Program-made: the position numbers and the translations under genes
Part shown: positions 1 to 12,841 of the stretch, in pieces
Layout: every line of letters begins with the position of its first letter
Position numbering within the stretch: position 1 is the first letter of the stretch
Notes under the pieces: generated by a model
What the model was told of the DNA's origin: nothing
Seen by the model: the letters and a program-made list of their open reading frames with translations, nothing else
The model's database searches: none
Source of the DNA: Vairimorpha necatrix
Taxonomy: Eukaryota
Reading direction: 5' to 3'
Assembly: GCA_036630325.1 (NCBI GenBank)
Contig: CP142727.1
Location: 682,001 to 746,000, forward strand
DNA: 64,000 nucleotides

Positions 1-920
1 TTGGAGATCATATATAATGATCTAATAATTAAGAAAGAAAATAAAAAATGTAGCGTCTGTAATCAAAAAATGTAGCAAAGAGGGGAGCAAAGAAGTCTCA
101 TAAGGTGTCCATGGAGCTCATGTAAAAACACAATTTCAATTTGGAATGGAACTTTCTTTCAGGATTCTAGGCTAAATCACATCAAAATATCACAAATAAT
201 AAATTTATGGATTCTAGGTTATACACGTAAGTCCATTTCTCAAGTTTTAGGTTGTACTAAACCTTCTATATCTTCCGTGCTAAAAAAGTTAAAAGAAATG
301 AGTCTTTATGATAAGTATTTATCTAGTATAGGGACTATTGGAGGCGATAATCTTATAGTGGAAATTGATGAGACTAAGATTGGGAAGAATAAATACAATA
401 GGGGGAAGTTAGTAAAAGGATTTTGGTGTTTTGGAATGGTTGAACGTACCATCCAACGTAGAATCATAGTAGTATATATCAAGAAAAGAGACGAAAGAAC
501 ACTTACTGAACTTCTTTTAAAATATGTAAGTAGAAGCAGTATTATATATAGCGATATGTGGAGAGCGTATCATTCTTTATATACAATATTTAACCAACAT
601 AATATGGTTGATAATACATTACATTTAGAGATCCGAATACAGGAGTACATACCAATACCATATAAGGTAATTGGAGATCTCTAAAACATTCTATACCAAA
701 TAGAAACTGATCATCTAATAGCGCTAAACTTTATTTATTTAGATATTTGATCCAAATAAACTTTAAAACACCAGTTTTTGAAGCTTTATTGAAATATTTA
801 TTCTAGTTTTTATTTTTGTTCCTTCCTCATCATTTTCTTTCCTCCATTTTTTAAAAAAAGGGGCAAAAAAAAAACAAAAAACCCTATATCGATTTTTTGT
901 AGCTAATGCTTACTTCAGCC
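1..920 (+). mobile_element. Merlin/ISXO2-type DNA transposon family A, left end cut by window edge, transposase disrupted
   Basis: ORF 277-684 has VEIDETK, KYNRGK, WCFGMVER and IYSDMWRAY. Right TIR ends CTTCAGCC at 920, followed by GTTGACTG, the TSD of the complete copy at 45065-46088. Confidence 0.92.
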
Positions 921-1550
921 GTTGACTGTTTTCGTTCTTGCATAAATAGATAGTTTTAATATCAACGTTTGAATTTTATATTTGAATCTGGTATTTGTTT
1001 AAATGACTGAACAGTTTAATTTATAGTTTTCATTGTATTGAAATTGTTTTATTAAAAAACTTCGAAATGATTAAAACTTAATGTTATTTTATCTTACCAA
1101 GAGATCAATCTTTAATTTATATTTTTACCAAGAAAAACAAAAGAATATTAAAGTCTTAGTTATTTTAGTTCGATTTTACACTTTAACATCGACAATAAAA
1201 TATATTCGTTTCGTTCTATTAGAAAAAATTTACTTATTTATATAATTATAAACTTTTAATTGGATTTTATTGTTCACCTGTCAAAGTCAAAAATTTCTCC
1301 CGCTTATGTAATTGATGTTTTTTAATATAAATATCAATATAAACTGCTAGAAATACTAAAATTTCAAATCAAATCTTGATTTTTACTTCTAACAAATCTT
1401 TTAACATAATGATTAAAACAAACGATTTACTACTTTTTATTAAATGTTCTAACATTCACATATTTTTTAATAACATGATTTCCTAATATTTCACTTAAAA
1501 TATTAGATCTGCGATGTTTAGAGCATAGACAAATATTAATATAATCTATA

Positions 1551-1900
1551 TTAAAACAAGTATGATGTCTTTGCAATCGACTGGGCAGAAGATATGGGGT
1601 TTAAACTGAATAATTCCAGACTTAATTACTTGTGACGGGAAAGTGACTAAGTTTCACAAATCATACACCACAAGACCTGACATCCCTATGAAACTAGAAG
1701 TGTACGTGAAGATGTTCACGATGAAGAAGACGCTAGAAAGCATTCTTCTGGACCATCGAAGGAGAAGAGACAAAGCCGACGTGGGAAGGACTATGGAGTC
1801 TAAAAGCTACATAAAAGCAGAAGACGCCAACGCGGCACCTATCAAAAGCAAACTAGAAATATTTACTACATTAAGCAAACCCAAATTATATTCATTTATT
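1551..1900 (+). mobile_element. 5'-truncated REL-type non-LTR retrotransposon fragment
   Basis: VTKFH...KKTLESI..DHRR resembles the C-terminus at 34733-35083. Flanked by TATAATCTATA (1540-1550) and TATAATCTACA (1901-1911). Confidence 0.75.
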
Positions 1901-4756
1901 TATAATCTACACTAGATTTTAATCTAGCATTGTTATTGTTTTGAAGTTAATCAATACAGTAATTGCTTTTCTTATTATCAATACATAAATTTGGCCCAAC
2001 TACAGATTTTGCTGCAAACATCGAGTTTTCGTTTATGGTTTGTAAGTCGTTTTCTAATTGGCAAATTTGCAAAGAGCGAAGTCAAAAGATCTCGTGATTC
2101 TAAAAAAAAATGACAAGTTTTTAAAATGGAATTAAATAAATAAAACTGTGGTATCCACCACTGAGGAAAGTATTTAAAATATTTTTATTGTTAATATTGT
2201 TTTTTCTTTTAATTACTCCGTACCCCTCTCCGGATAAAATGATTAAATAAATGTTGGGGGAAACTGGACGAATTTGGCGGGAAATATTTATAAACTATTT
2301 TTATGATATTTGGGATATCATAAAAATCTATTCATACTAATTACAAATACGTTTTACTAAAATAAAACTACAAAATTTAATATATAAGGATTTCGCAAAA
2401 ATTGATTAAACAATATTAAAATAAGTGTGTTTTATGAAATCCTACTTTATTTTCTATAATGTAAATATGCATTTTTCTTTCATAATATACGAGAAAGGAA
2501 AAGAAAGAGTACTACTGAAAGCTGTTAATGAGAATCAGTCACTTTAAACAATCTTCTACATAACATGGCTGCTCCGAAAAGTTAAAAATTTTTACTTAGT
2601 ACATTAGTCATTTCTTTCTTTAGACTTTTTAGTTGTTTTGAATTCGCGCATTTGGTGATTTTTCTTATATTTATCTCGATTATAAGTTAATATGTACGTA
2701 TTTTCCTAAATATAATCAACACCGATTAAAAGTAATTCAACTGTTTTTAAATTAATTTTACAATTTTTAATAATACACAAAAACCTACACCTTTTATTAT
2801 TTTAAATCATTTTACATTCAAATTTCACTTTTAATTTGCGTAGATTAGATAATTTTTAATTATATTCGTTATTTAATTTTTATAAGGTATTAAAAAAAAT
2901 TCTACATTTCCAAGATACTCGTGGTTTCTATTATTTTTAATTGCAAATGCTTAAAAGTTTTTATTTTAACTTTTTAACCCCTTTTTCCTCTGCTTTCTAT
3001 GTTTAGAATTAATATTTTTTATCCCCAACTTAAATAGTTTTGTCTCGTCGAAACATGTCTAATCATTTCAACCGAATGATTATACTCATTTAGTATTGGA
3101 TATCTACCATAAGCTGTTTTCGTTGTTCCTTAATAATTCCCTATCTTAGGTAAAATTTTTCTTTTTGTTTTTCTTGATCTTTTTCGTTTTTATAGTTTTT
3201 TAACTAGTTACTAGTATTAAATTTAAAAATATGGGTCAAAAAATATAGAAAAAAATCACCAAAACAAACGTCTCTTTATTAACCACAGAAAAGAAGTTCT
3301 GAAGAAAGAAAATGTTACAAACACAATGGTGTATTCTGTCGTTTAAAGACTGATAATCCAAAAGAATTACTAAGGACTACAAAAAATTATGCGAATAGTG
3401 TTCTCTAGATGTGTTTTATCATTCATAAAATTTGGCGGTATCTTTTGAGGTTAATAAAGAAAGCTGCAGGGTGTTTTCTGTAAAAAAAACTGTGCATATA
3501 TCATCTTATCAGCATTTATAGTTAAAGGTGCAAGACAAATGACAACTATTAATTTATATTACCCTACTTGAAAAAGAAAAAATTAATTTAAGTCGCAATA
3601 ATAGAAAATATATTTTGGGATTAACTTTTTTAAAAATGCATAAATTGTTTATAAGAAACTTAATATAATTTACAAAGAATGAGTCAACAGATTTTAGAAA
3701 CAGATACGTTTCATAATTGAGTTTTCTTCCGTAAAATTCGGTTTATAAATCATGAAAAAAAATCTTTTGACAACTAAATTTTATGACGTGTCAATTTATA
3801 GAATATTACAAACCAAGCCGAATGGCTAAAGCATGATAGATAAAAGTAAAATTTTATTCTTGAAAAAGATGACTGCCATAAACAAAATTTTTATTTAATA
3901 AAAAGCTTTTTAGAGAAAGTTTCAGATACATTAAAATATAAATATATGATGATATTATTTTAGTACTCCTGGACCTAATTTATCAATACAAAGTTCATGT
4001 AAAAGCATACGTCATGACATAGGCAGAATCGTGATAACATAACACGTCAAGTATGTATAAGACCATAAGCTCATCGACTGTTTCCACAGCTTATATCAAA
4101 ATTAGAGTCATAAAAAAGACATTGGAGAGCTTCTACTCTGTCAACTGCTTGGCTCGCCGTTAAGGATCTTCAACTAAGAATATAATGAAAGTAGCTAGAA
4201 TGTGGTGTGACCAGTTAGAAGGGCGGCAGTAGATAACCAGTGAAATTCAAATTAAACAACAGCTATAATAAATGCTTTTTAAAAATAAAATTGCTGTTTG
4301 TAAATCGAAGTACTCCCAATTTTTTTCGATCTTTATTGAGAAAGGCTTTTATTACATGAACAAAATCCAGGCCTGCTAGAGGTAATAAATTTATGAATAT
4401 ACTTATTCTCTAAAGAAGAAAGCTTATAACAACATAGACGTCCAAATTAGGACACTATTGCATAATGAACCTCTTTTGATAATTAAATAGAACTAACTTT
4501 AATTAAAAATAACAATCCGATGATTGCAGTAGTTTTGCAAAAATATCTCACTGAGTACCTTCTTAAAATACAAGATGAGACTTTCGAGCTTTCTAGAATG
4601 TGTATATATAAATAATGATCAATCCACAGAAAATCGCAGGCTTTTAAGATCTTCAGTTTTTTATTTCGAAATCTATGTACACTAATTTATCTAAAACATC
4701 TATAACAATATATCTAGATGAAAACTCTTGGAGCATCAAAACACAGAAGGATTACG

Positions 4757-5863
4757 GGATCTAGATTGTTATACGCCGAAAAGGGAGAATAACTAATTTT
4801 GTTAAGAAAATTTTGCCCAAATGAGAACGGTTGTGTCGCAGTTTATAATTTACGTACAAATCCGTAGGAAGCCCCCTTTACAGATGATTTCTGTTCTGCG
4901 AGAACAAAATCTTTTTCTGACCAGTATGCCCTGTTCTGAGTGTTCATCTGGGATGGTTGAGAGTTTGAGGAAGGGCTGACCTTTTATTCTAGACTTACAA
5001 AAATCAAGTGTGCAGGCTCTACAGAAGCACAAAGATCATTAGAATTGAATTTTTTCTTGGGGATATAAATTGCCATTGTCTGAGTATTTCGCTATGATTT
5101 TGCTTTTGAGCGAAGGAAAACAGATTAAAGAGATTATTTCCGATTATTAATTCAGAAACAGCATTGTGGAGATTTTAAACATCTGAGGACTATCCTTTAA
5201 GTATACATTGAGGCCGATCCAATGAGATTGGAGGTCCAGAGTGTATTGCCAGATTGACCAAAGCTCCTTCGTCCACAAGATCAAACATCATTGTAGCAGA
5301 GCACCATCCAGAGATGTGCCTAGTTCCGGAGTCGCAATCACTTTTTTATCTCCTGCGCAGGGCTATATGGAGATTGTCCCCAATAGATCAGCTGCTGTTT
5401 TACTTAAGATCATTGCTAGAATATGTAGACCTGGTTTAATCAACCCCCCAGATGGCTGGTGATCATATGTGAGTGTTGAAAGAGAGTTCGGGTTCCGTCA
5501 TCTGGTTGTAAACCACAAGACAAATTTGACAATCGATAACTGAAGCCCATACTCAGAACATGGAGTCATTCGTGAATAAGATGAAGCATGCGATTAAGAA
5601 AATGTATGGTGTTCAAAAGCGCAACTTTTGGTCTTATAGCTGAACTGATGTTTGAGATGAGTTTAAGGAGACTGTGTTAATCAGAATGCTGGCTTTATTT
5701 GCCATAAGCTAAAAATAAAATAATTCCAAAACAAGCTTGTCTTTTTACAATGCTGCTTTTTTATTATCATGCCTTAAAGTTTTTTCTCTTTTAAAGCTGC
5801 AATTTTTTATTCCGGGCAAATAACAAACTAGGTTTGGCTCCGTGCGCGTAGCAAACTAGATCC
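4757..5863 (+). mobile_element. Merlin-type transposon family B, degenerate
   Basis: TIRs GGATCTAG../..CTAGATCC; 8-bp TSD GGATTACG/GGATTATG; transposase remnant QIDQSSFVHK..GYMEIVPNRSAA..ICRPG (5241-5462). Confidence 0.88.
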
Positions 5864-6144
5864 GGATTATGCATCTTTAACTTAAGAATAAGCGTTCAGT
5901 TTTTTTCCGACTATCGCCTGCTTTTAAAAATCTATTGGTCTACAATGAAAAAAAATGTTTACTATATAAAGCAAGGAATAGTTTATTATGCAAGAGCACA
6001 GGCATGAAATTAGCCATAGACAGTTAGACGGATAATACATAAACATATACGGTATAAAAAATAAAAGTTGATAAAAAACATGAAAATAGTCTATTAACAT
6101 GTATATAGATGTAATAAGTCGATACCCTACTTAGCATTTTTGCC

Positions 6145-7572
6145 TTTTTGAAAAGTAAGAGTTAGGAAAAGAAACTTATCTTGATATCATAGGTAATTGC
6201 ACATGATCCTTATTTTATAGAACAGTAAGACGGTTACTCATTAGAACTATATCTTTCTTTCGCCGGCAAGTAAGATTTCTGTATATATTGGACTTTACTT
6301 TTGAAACCATTTCCATTTATACCCCAAATCGCGTCCAGAGTGATCTCACAGCAGATATACATAACGTGTTAGGGTTCCGACCAGGACAGACATTTGTCAG
6401 CTTACTCAAAAAACATACAATCGTCTTTATCCTCAAAAAGTACCATAAACCGCCATATAACCCCCCTACACTTTCTTGGACTGCGAGAACACAAGTATTC
6501 CAAGAGTGTCTAAAAATTGTTTTAACTTCCAGCATGATTGGCCATGAAAATTCTAATGCTATATTTAGTTAACTCTATTATTTGGCTTGAGACCCCCTGG
6601 AGATTACCAAATATATATTCAACTAGGTTGTGTCCAGCATAACGTTTTATGGTACATGACCGTTTGGAACCCGCATTGGGAAAACGAACCCGCTTTGGGA
6701 AAATAAACTTGCTTTAAAATTATAAAGGACCCCCTTTAAAAAAATGGCAAAATTGGCAAAAACAATGTTTGTTGAGGCAGATGAGATTTTTATTGATGAG
6801 ATGTATTTAACAAGGAATATAAGAAAAAAGTTTATTTTGCAAACATTTGATGCTGAATCGGCGTGCGCCTTGCATGTTTCTGTAACTAGTAGAAATATTG
6901 CTTTTTCCTTGAGGTAATACAAGAAAATGTATAACCTGTTTCTATTATGATCTCTAATCAATGGGTAGCATATGATGCCATATTAGCTAAGCAAAAGGAT
7001 GGAGCACAGTGCAAAGATTCACTCCATAAATGCTGTAATCTCTATCGATTCGAGCAACAATACCATATAATTTAGTTGGTGATGGCTCATTTCTATAAGA
7101 GATATTCGATCTTAACATAAACAAAGAAGAACACTATGAGTACATTTTACAGTTTCACTGGGCTTTCCAAATTCCCAAAAATCGCCGGATAAATTGTCTT
7201 CTGTCATTATTTAAAAAAAACATCAAGTCCCTTTTTTTATTTTTCCCTTTTTTGAATTTTTCAAAGCAGGTTCATTTTCCCAATGCGAGTTCATTTTCAC
7301 AAAGCGGGTTTCAAACGGTCATGTAACCCTTTTATAAATCTATAAAATAAGATATACGGGATTTCAATTTTTATGAGTGTTTCTTCGCTAGATACTGATT
7401 CTCTAATGGCGGAACCACAAGTCCCATTTAATTAACTCGATGATTATTGTGGCCATGTTCATTATCTAAATTGTCTATGGATGCAGCATAGAGATTAGAA
7501 ATAGTATGATGATGCTGGACCGAGACCTACAAAGGTTAATGAAAGCTCATTCAGACCGCCGGGCTTGTGGTC
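6145..7572 (-). mobile_element. Degenerate tRNA-headed SINE copy, interrupted by a Merlin derivative
   Basis: Reverse complement aligns to the SINE at 44027-44807: 3' tail near 6145-6180, body TCACTCTGGACGCGATTT near 6325-6345, and head remnant AGCCCGGCGGT near 7555-7566. Confidence 0.75.
6651..7327 (+). mobile_element. Internally deleted Merlin-type element (family C, MITE-like)
   Basis: TIRs GGTACATGACCGTTT../..AAACGGTCATGTA(A/C)C with subterminal sub-repeats; 8-bp TSD CGTTTTAT/CCTTTTAT; internal VEADE remnant. Confidence 0.8.
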
Positions 7573-8350
7573 TTAGAAATATATTTAAGGATGTCATATG
7601 AAAAAAAACACACTTAAGCCTTTGACTGTTTTATCAAGATGTTAAACTTCATAAAGCGTTTAGATTAATTTAGTAAACTGAAAAGGTTTAAATAGAATTT
7701 AGAATATATCAAGAAAATGGCTGGGTAGAATAACTATTACATAAAATAATAAAGAACATTAGATTAAAACATATACCTGAAAGAGAAAGCGAAATATCTA
7801 AGATTAGAGTATAATATAGGAATTGTTCAATATAGAATATAATGATAAACATTTACAAACACATAAATTAAAAAATATACCATGAAATCTGAAAATAACG
7901 AAACACGGACATCAAGAATTGAGTACAAAATATGGCCCAATTGTGACTTTTAATATAGAAAAAGGATTTGAATTTATAACATCTAGAAGATTTGAACAGA
8001 ATATTTATAGTTGTTTCCATTGAAAAAAGCTCCCGCGGATTGTTGCATAAATATATTGAGTAAAGCGCAAATGTATAAAGTATCTCAAAAAAGCTTTAAA
8101 CACAAAAAATGTGTCAAAAGATTTTAGAAAGTTGTGTAAAGTATTTAAAGAATACAGGATGAAATTCCGAACAAAGAGATGTAGATTTTTGCAATTCGTA
8201 TCTCCACATCCCTATTTAATGACAGATCACGTAGAACGAGCCATACTTTATCTAAAAAATAATAATTGAAAACTATATGATATAATAATGAACGGATCTA
8301 GTATTGTCACATCACTAGAAACATCGACATGTACACTTCTTAAATAGCAC

Positions 8351-8694
8351 TGTGGTATAATGGTTTATACCATATGTTCTCTATTTAACCAATGGTAACT
8401 GAAACACTGATCCCTCAACGGACGATCAATGATGGGTAGCTATTATTGATTAGTTACATCACATTTGCTATTATTAGTTACTCTGTATTAGAAATAAAGT
8501 AAATCCATCAAAGACATGGTACATCACTCGAATACTAACAAACGCCCTTCCTTCTAAATTCAGAAAAGCTAACTCTTTTTATAACAATGAACTATATTTT
8601 TCTTCAAACTATCTAAACTCGGTTTTCACATCACTCCAAAACGTAGCATCATTGATGCTTTCTTGCCACAGGCAAGCTTCCCAGTAAACACGCA
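8351..8694. mobile_element. TG..CA element (solo-LTR-like), 344 bp, 5-bp TSD AGCAC
   Basis: Starts TGTGGTA, ends CACGCA, AGCAC on both sides. 5' hairpin TGGTATAA/TTATACCA and 3' hairpin AGCATCA-T-TGATGCT match those in 35228-35501 and 37512-37828. Confidence 0.72.
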
Positions 8695-9671
8695 AGCACA
8701 ATAAACCCGTTCGTATTAATATTACTATTTATGCATTTGGCGTACTTGAAATCGACTAAGATCTAATAACCACGAATTCTGGTCTCGAATAAAAGGGGGA
8801 AGTTTATAAAAACAAAGGGTAAAATCAAAATAATAATATTAAAATTGCGATATAAATATATCTATCGTACAATTTAAACAACCATTCATGCATATAATTG
8901 AAGTACATGATTTTCGAAGTCTCGTCTTAGGTCGAATATATAAAAACGATGGAAATATAACCGTGGTATAAAATTTTCATAAAATGAAATTAAATACTAA
9001 ATTATGTAGCCATACACATCTGAATTGTATACAATAATAGTTGTAAATAATTATTGCAGTGTGAATGAACAAATATATAGTAGTTTAAGTTTGACGTAAC
9101 CATATATTTGAATGTTAGTATATATTTCTTTTAAAGCTGTAAATGGCCTCTGTAGATAAATACTGCAGTTTAAACTCTAAATATTTGCTTTCAAATGCCG
9201 GAGGAGAGTATTTACTAAACATTCAATTTTGGTCGTGTATGCAAATCACTCTAAGTGTATATTCCGTGATACTATATTCAATACATAATTATAAATTTTA
9301 GCACAATTAAAGCATAAATGCGTGCAGAAAAAAAAACATAATCTAAGATAACATATTTCATTATTTTTTTTGAACCCCGCTTAATCCATTTGAATACGTG
9401 ACTCAACGGCAAAATCAACAAACCTCTTTTGTTCTTACTAACTATAAGATATTCGGCCGATTGTTTCTAGTTTCGATTCAAAATTGTAAAATAATCGTCC
9501 CATATTTATATGAAGATTTCCGCTTAAAATATCTTTTAACAAAAAGATTTATTGTTTTATTTATTAATGATAGATCTAATTATTTAAATTTTAAAATACA
9601 TACGTTTATAAGCAAGATTTTATATGTGCCATCTTTCTTTCATATCCTCACCGTTGAGAAGATATATTTAA

Positions 9672-9720
9672 TGTGATATATTTGTATAATTTCTATCCCC
9701 CATTATGATAAATAAAGACA
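9672..9720 (+). repeat. 5' LTR (49 bp) containing CCCCC motif, ATG (9705) and AATAAA
   Basis: TGTGATATATTTGTATAATTTCTATCCCCCATTATGATAAATAAAGACA, identical to 12842-12890. Confidence 0.96.
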
Positions 9721-12700
9721 TGGGGGCGATACCGAATCGTCAGTTTACAAGTGTGGACTGTGGTCTAGAGGCCAAAAAGTTATTAAAAGAAGTTAGAAGA
9801 ATAATGTATAGGTTGGAGATGGAGGAAATAGAAATCAGTTTGTGGAAGCAGAGAATATTTATGGAAGGAAGTGAAGAAATAAAAAATTTCATGGTAGAAA
9901 GAATTAGTAAAGAGGACGAATATTATAAAATAATTGAGAAATTAGAGGAGGAAATATGTAGAGAAGAAAGAACTAAAAAAGAAGAAGAAAATAGGAGAGA
10001 ACTTATGGAGGTCATAGCTGAGAATGTTAGAGAAACTGTGAGAAAAGAAATTCAAGAGAAAGATTTAGTTTTAAGGAATACAGTACAAGAAATAAGAAAT
10101 AATAGGAATTGTTTTAATTGTGGTAAATTTGGCCATATGGCTAGGAACTGCTATTTAGGAAGGAACAATAATCAGGAAAATAATAAAAAGTTTAATAAGT
10201 ACTTAAATTTAGACGAAAACCTAAGTTGTAGTAGCAGTAATGATAATAAAGAATATAAACCAAGTGGAAAGACAAAACGAGTTAAGTTAAAGGAATGTAA
10301 TAATAGTGATAGAAGACATAAAGAAAGAATATATGCGAGCAATAAAGAGACGAAAAGAAGATTACTGAAGAGGGCATTTACGTTGGAAGATCTCAAAGCG
10401 GAATATGAAGAAGTTTTTAAACAAGGAGATGAGGTTATAAGTTATTGTACATTAGAGAAGTGTAAGATAGATACTCCAGAGGGTAAGAAGATAGTCAGAA
10501 AGGGACAGACGATCCCACAGGCTTTGACCAAACAGACTGAGGAATATATTAAGGATTTAGAAAATAGAAAAATTATAAGAAGATCGTCTTCGGAATGGCG
10601 AAACCCAATAAGAGCGATACTTAAACCAAGTGGTGAAGTAAGAGTTGTTAGTAATTTTATAGGGTTGAATGATTTAGTCGAGAAAGACCCGTATGAGCTA
10701 ACGAATATGAGAGAAATAATAAGAGCTAAGCAAGGGTCGATAATATTTACTGTTGTTGATTGCAAAGAAGCATTTTACCATTTTGAAATCGAAGAAAAAG
10801 ATAAACATAAGACGGCGTTTGAATTTAATAAAAAAGTTTACGAATGGAATAGTATGGTGATGGGATACAAAAATTCCCCACAGATACTACAGAGAACGAT
10901 GAATATGATTTTTGAAGATTTGCGGGGAAATGGTGTTGAGGTATACATGGACGATATAGTAATACATGCCAACAATAAACGTAAACACGATGAATTAGTA
11001 ATAGAGGTTATAGAAAGAATTAAGAGAAATAAAATGAAATTAAATATTGGGAAAATACAGTTTAGACAAGCGGAAGTAAAATTATTAGGTGTGACGCTGA
11101 ATGGAATAGACATGACGGCCGACGAAATAAAGAAAAATGAAGCCTTGGAGTATCCGGATCCAAAAACTTTGACGGAATTGAGGAGGTTTCTAGGATTGAC
11201 TGGATGGTTCAGACCATTTATAAAAGATTATGCCGGGCTGACGTTGAAAATGACAGATAGTTTGAAGAAAAATGGCAATTCGTGGAAATTTACGGAAGAG
11301 ATGAAAGAGGAATTTACTAAAATGAAAAATGTGTTAAGAAATATGGGAAGACTAAGATTACCGGACTATAATAAGGAGTTCATACTAAGAACAGACGCTA
11401 GCAATTTGAGATTGGGTGCGGTGTTACTTCAGAAGAATGAGAATGGGGAATGGGTTGCTATACAATGGGCATCTAAAAAGCTAACACCTACCGAAATAAG
11501 ATATGGAATATCAGAAAAGGAAATGCTTGCGATATATTGGGGCATTGATAAATTTAAATACGAGTTAAGAGGTAGGAAATTCAAGATAGAAACGGATCAC
11601 AAAGCACTGGTGGAGATAAGAAATAAACCGTTTTTTAATAATAACAGAATAAATCGCTTAATCGAGAAGATACAGGAATATGATTTTATCGTGGAATATA
11701 AAAAACCTGATGAGATGGTGGTAGCAGATGCGTTGAGTCGAATAAATATGGAAGAGGATATTAAAGAAATGAAAAATAAAGAGCGAACAATCAAGCAAAC
11801 AGAAGGTAAATGGAAAGCACATGTTTCTTCCGAGAATGGAAAGCAATATTGGCAATTTGACTCAGGACGTAAAGTTGAAATACCACCTGAGAACATAAGG
11901 AGACAATTAATCCAAGAATATCATGAAAAAGTAGGCCACAGATGCATGACAAGTGTTTATTATGCAATGAGAGAAGAATACTATTGGCCAGGAGTAAAGA
12001 AAGAAATAAACGAGGTTATAAAACAGTGTCAGAAATGTCAGATATATAACAGGAAAAATATGGGTGGTTGTGAATTTGTAGATACGTCGAGATACTTAGA
12101 GAAGGTTGCATTAGATTTGATAGACTTTAGAAATGAGAAGAAATATGTTTTAGTTGCTATCGATTATTTTACACGTAGAGTATGGGGAGTAGTTATAAAT
12201 AACAAGTCAAGTAATAATGTTGTTGGATTTTTGAAAAGATTATGTGAGCAAGGGAAGAAACCAGAAGAAATTATTACAGATAACGGGAAAGAGTTTATTA
12301 ACGTGGAATTTAGAAAATTTTGTAGAGATCTCGATATAATACACCGACAAGTAAGTATAGAAGCGCATAGAAGTAACGGAAGAGTAGAGCGTGTTATAGG
12401 AACTTTGAGAGAAAGTATTTTAAAGTCGGATGCGAAAACTTTTGAAGGCAAAGTGTATAAAAGTATCGATATATATAATCAGAGCTATCATACGGGAATA
12501 AAATGTACACCATTAGAAGCGACTGAAGATAAAACTGGAGACGTAATGCTTGAAAATAGCCCTATAGGGAAATATTGTAATAGGTTTGGAAAGGGAAAGA
12601 TCGAAAAATTTAATAAAGGTCAATTGGTAAGAATAGCTAAACGAGAAAATTTGGCAGGTGTTAATAAGTATGAAAAAGGAAGATTTTTGGATACAGGGAA

Positions 12701-12818
12701 AATTGTTGAAAAGTGTGGAAAAGATTCTTATATTGTAAAACTTAGTAATGGTAGGCTTGTGAAGAAGAGACATTATGATCTGAAGGGTATGCTTGGGGTA
12801 GATGTGAAAATTAGATGA
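9705..12818 (+). CDS. gag-pol: Single Gag-Pol polyprotein (short Gag with CCHC knuckle, RT, RNase H, integrase; no recognisable protease)
   Basis: CFNCGKFGHMARNC; RT DCKEAF, MGYKNSP, YMDD; RNase H TDAS, EKEMLA, TDHKAL, ADALSR; IN HEKVGH..CQKC, IDYFTR, TDNGKEF, NGRVER. RT-RH-IN order is Ty3/Gypsy. Confidence 0.96.
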   Translation: MINKDMGAIPNRQFTSVDCGLEAKKLLKEVRRIMYRLEMEEIEISLWKQRIFMEGSEEIKNFMVERISKEDEYYKIIEKLEEEICREERTKKEEENRRELMEVIAENVRETVRKEIQEKDLVLRNTVQEIRNNRNCFNCGKFGHMARNCYLGRNNNQENNKKFNKYLNLDENLSCSSSNDNKEYKPSGKTKRVKLKECNNSDRRHKERIYASNKETKRRLLKRAFTLEDLKAEYEEVFKQGDEVISYCTLEKCKIDTPEGKKIVRKGQTIPQALTKQTEEYIKDLENRKIIRRSSSEWRNPIRAILKPSGEVRVVSNFIGLNDLVEKDPYELTNMREIIRAKQGSIIFTVVDCKEAFYHFEIEEKDKHKTAFEFNKKVYEWNSMVMGYKNSPQILQRTMNMIFEDLRGNGVEVYMDDIVIHANNKRKHDELVIEVIERIKRNKMKLNIGKIQFRQAEVKLLGVTLNGIDMTADEIKKNEALEYPDPKTLTELRRFLGLTGWFRPFIKDYAGLTLKMTDSLKKNGNSWKFTEEMKEEFTKMKNVLRNMGRLRLPDYNKEFILRTDASNLRLGAVLLQKNENGEWVAIQWASKKLTPTEIRYGISEKEMLAIYWGIDKFKYELRGRKFKIETDHKALVEIRNKPFFNNNRINRLIEKIQEYDFIVEYKKPDEMVVADALSRINMEEDIKEMKNKERTIKQTEGKWKAHVSSENGKQYWQFDSGRKVEIPPENIRRQLIQEYHEKVGHRCMTSVYYAMREEYYWPGVKKEINEVIKQCQKCQIYNRKNMGGCEFVDTSRYLEKVALDLIDFRNEKKYVLVAIDYFTRRVWGVVINNKSSNNVVGFLKRLCEQGKKPEEIITDNGKEFINVEFRKFCRDLDIIHRQVSIEAHRSNGRVERVIGTLRESILKSDAKTFEGKVYKSIDIYNQSYHTGIKCTPLEATEDKTGDVMLENSPIGKYCNRFGKGKIEKFNKGQLVRIAKRENLAGVNKYEKGRFLDTGKIVEKCGKDSYIVKLSNGRLVKKRHYDLKGMLGVDVKIR

Positions 12819-12841
12819 GACTTACCGTCTTGAGGGGGGGA

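Noticed and set aside
2297-2327. 13-bp AT-rich hairpin and adjacent E2F-like TTTGGCGGGAAA (~2273-2284)
   Set aside because: Both are mutated in the duplicate (~47437-47491), and no gene is linked.
12676-12710. FLDTG near the polyprotein C-terminus as a relocated aspartic protease
   Set aside because: It lies in the integrase C-terminal GPY/F-like region with under 45 residues remaining and no downstream ILG motif, too short for a retropepsin fold.
10172-12773. Several minus-strand ORFs within the Gypsy (and similar ones in copy 2, PDE and PKA-R)
   Set aside because: Antisense shadows of purine-rich coding strands, with no motifs.
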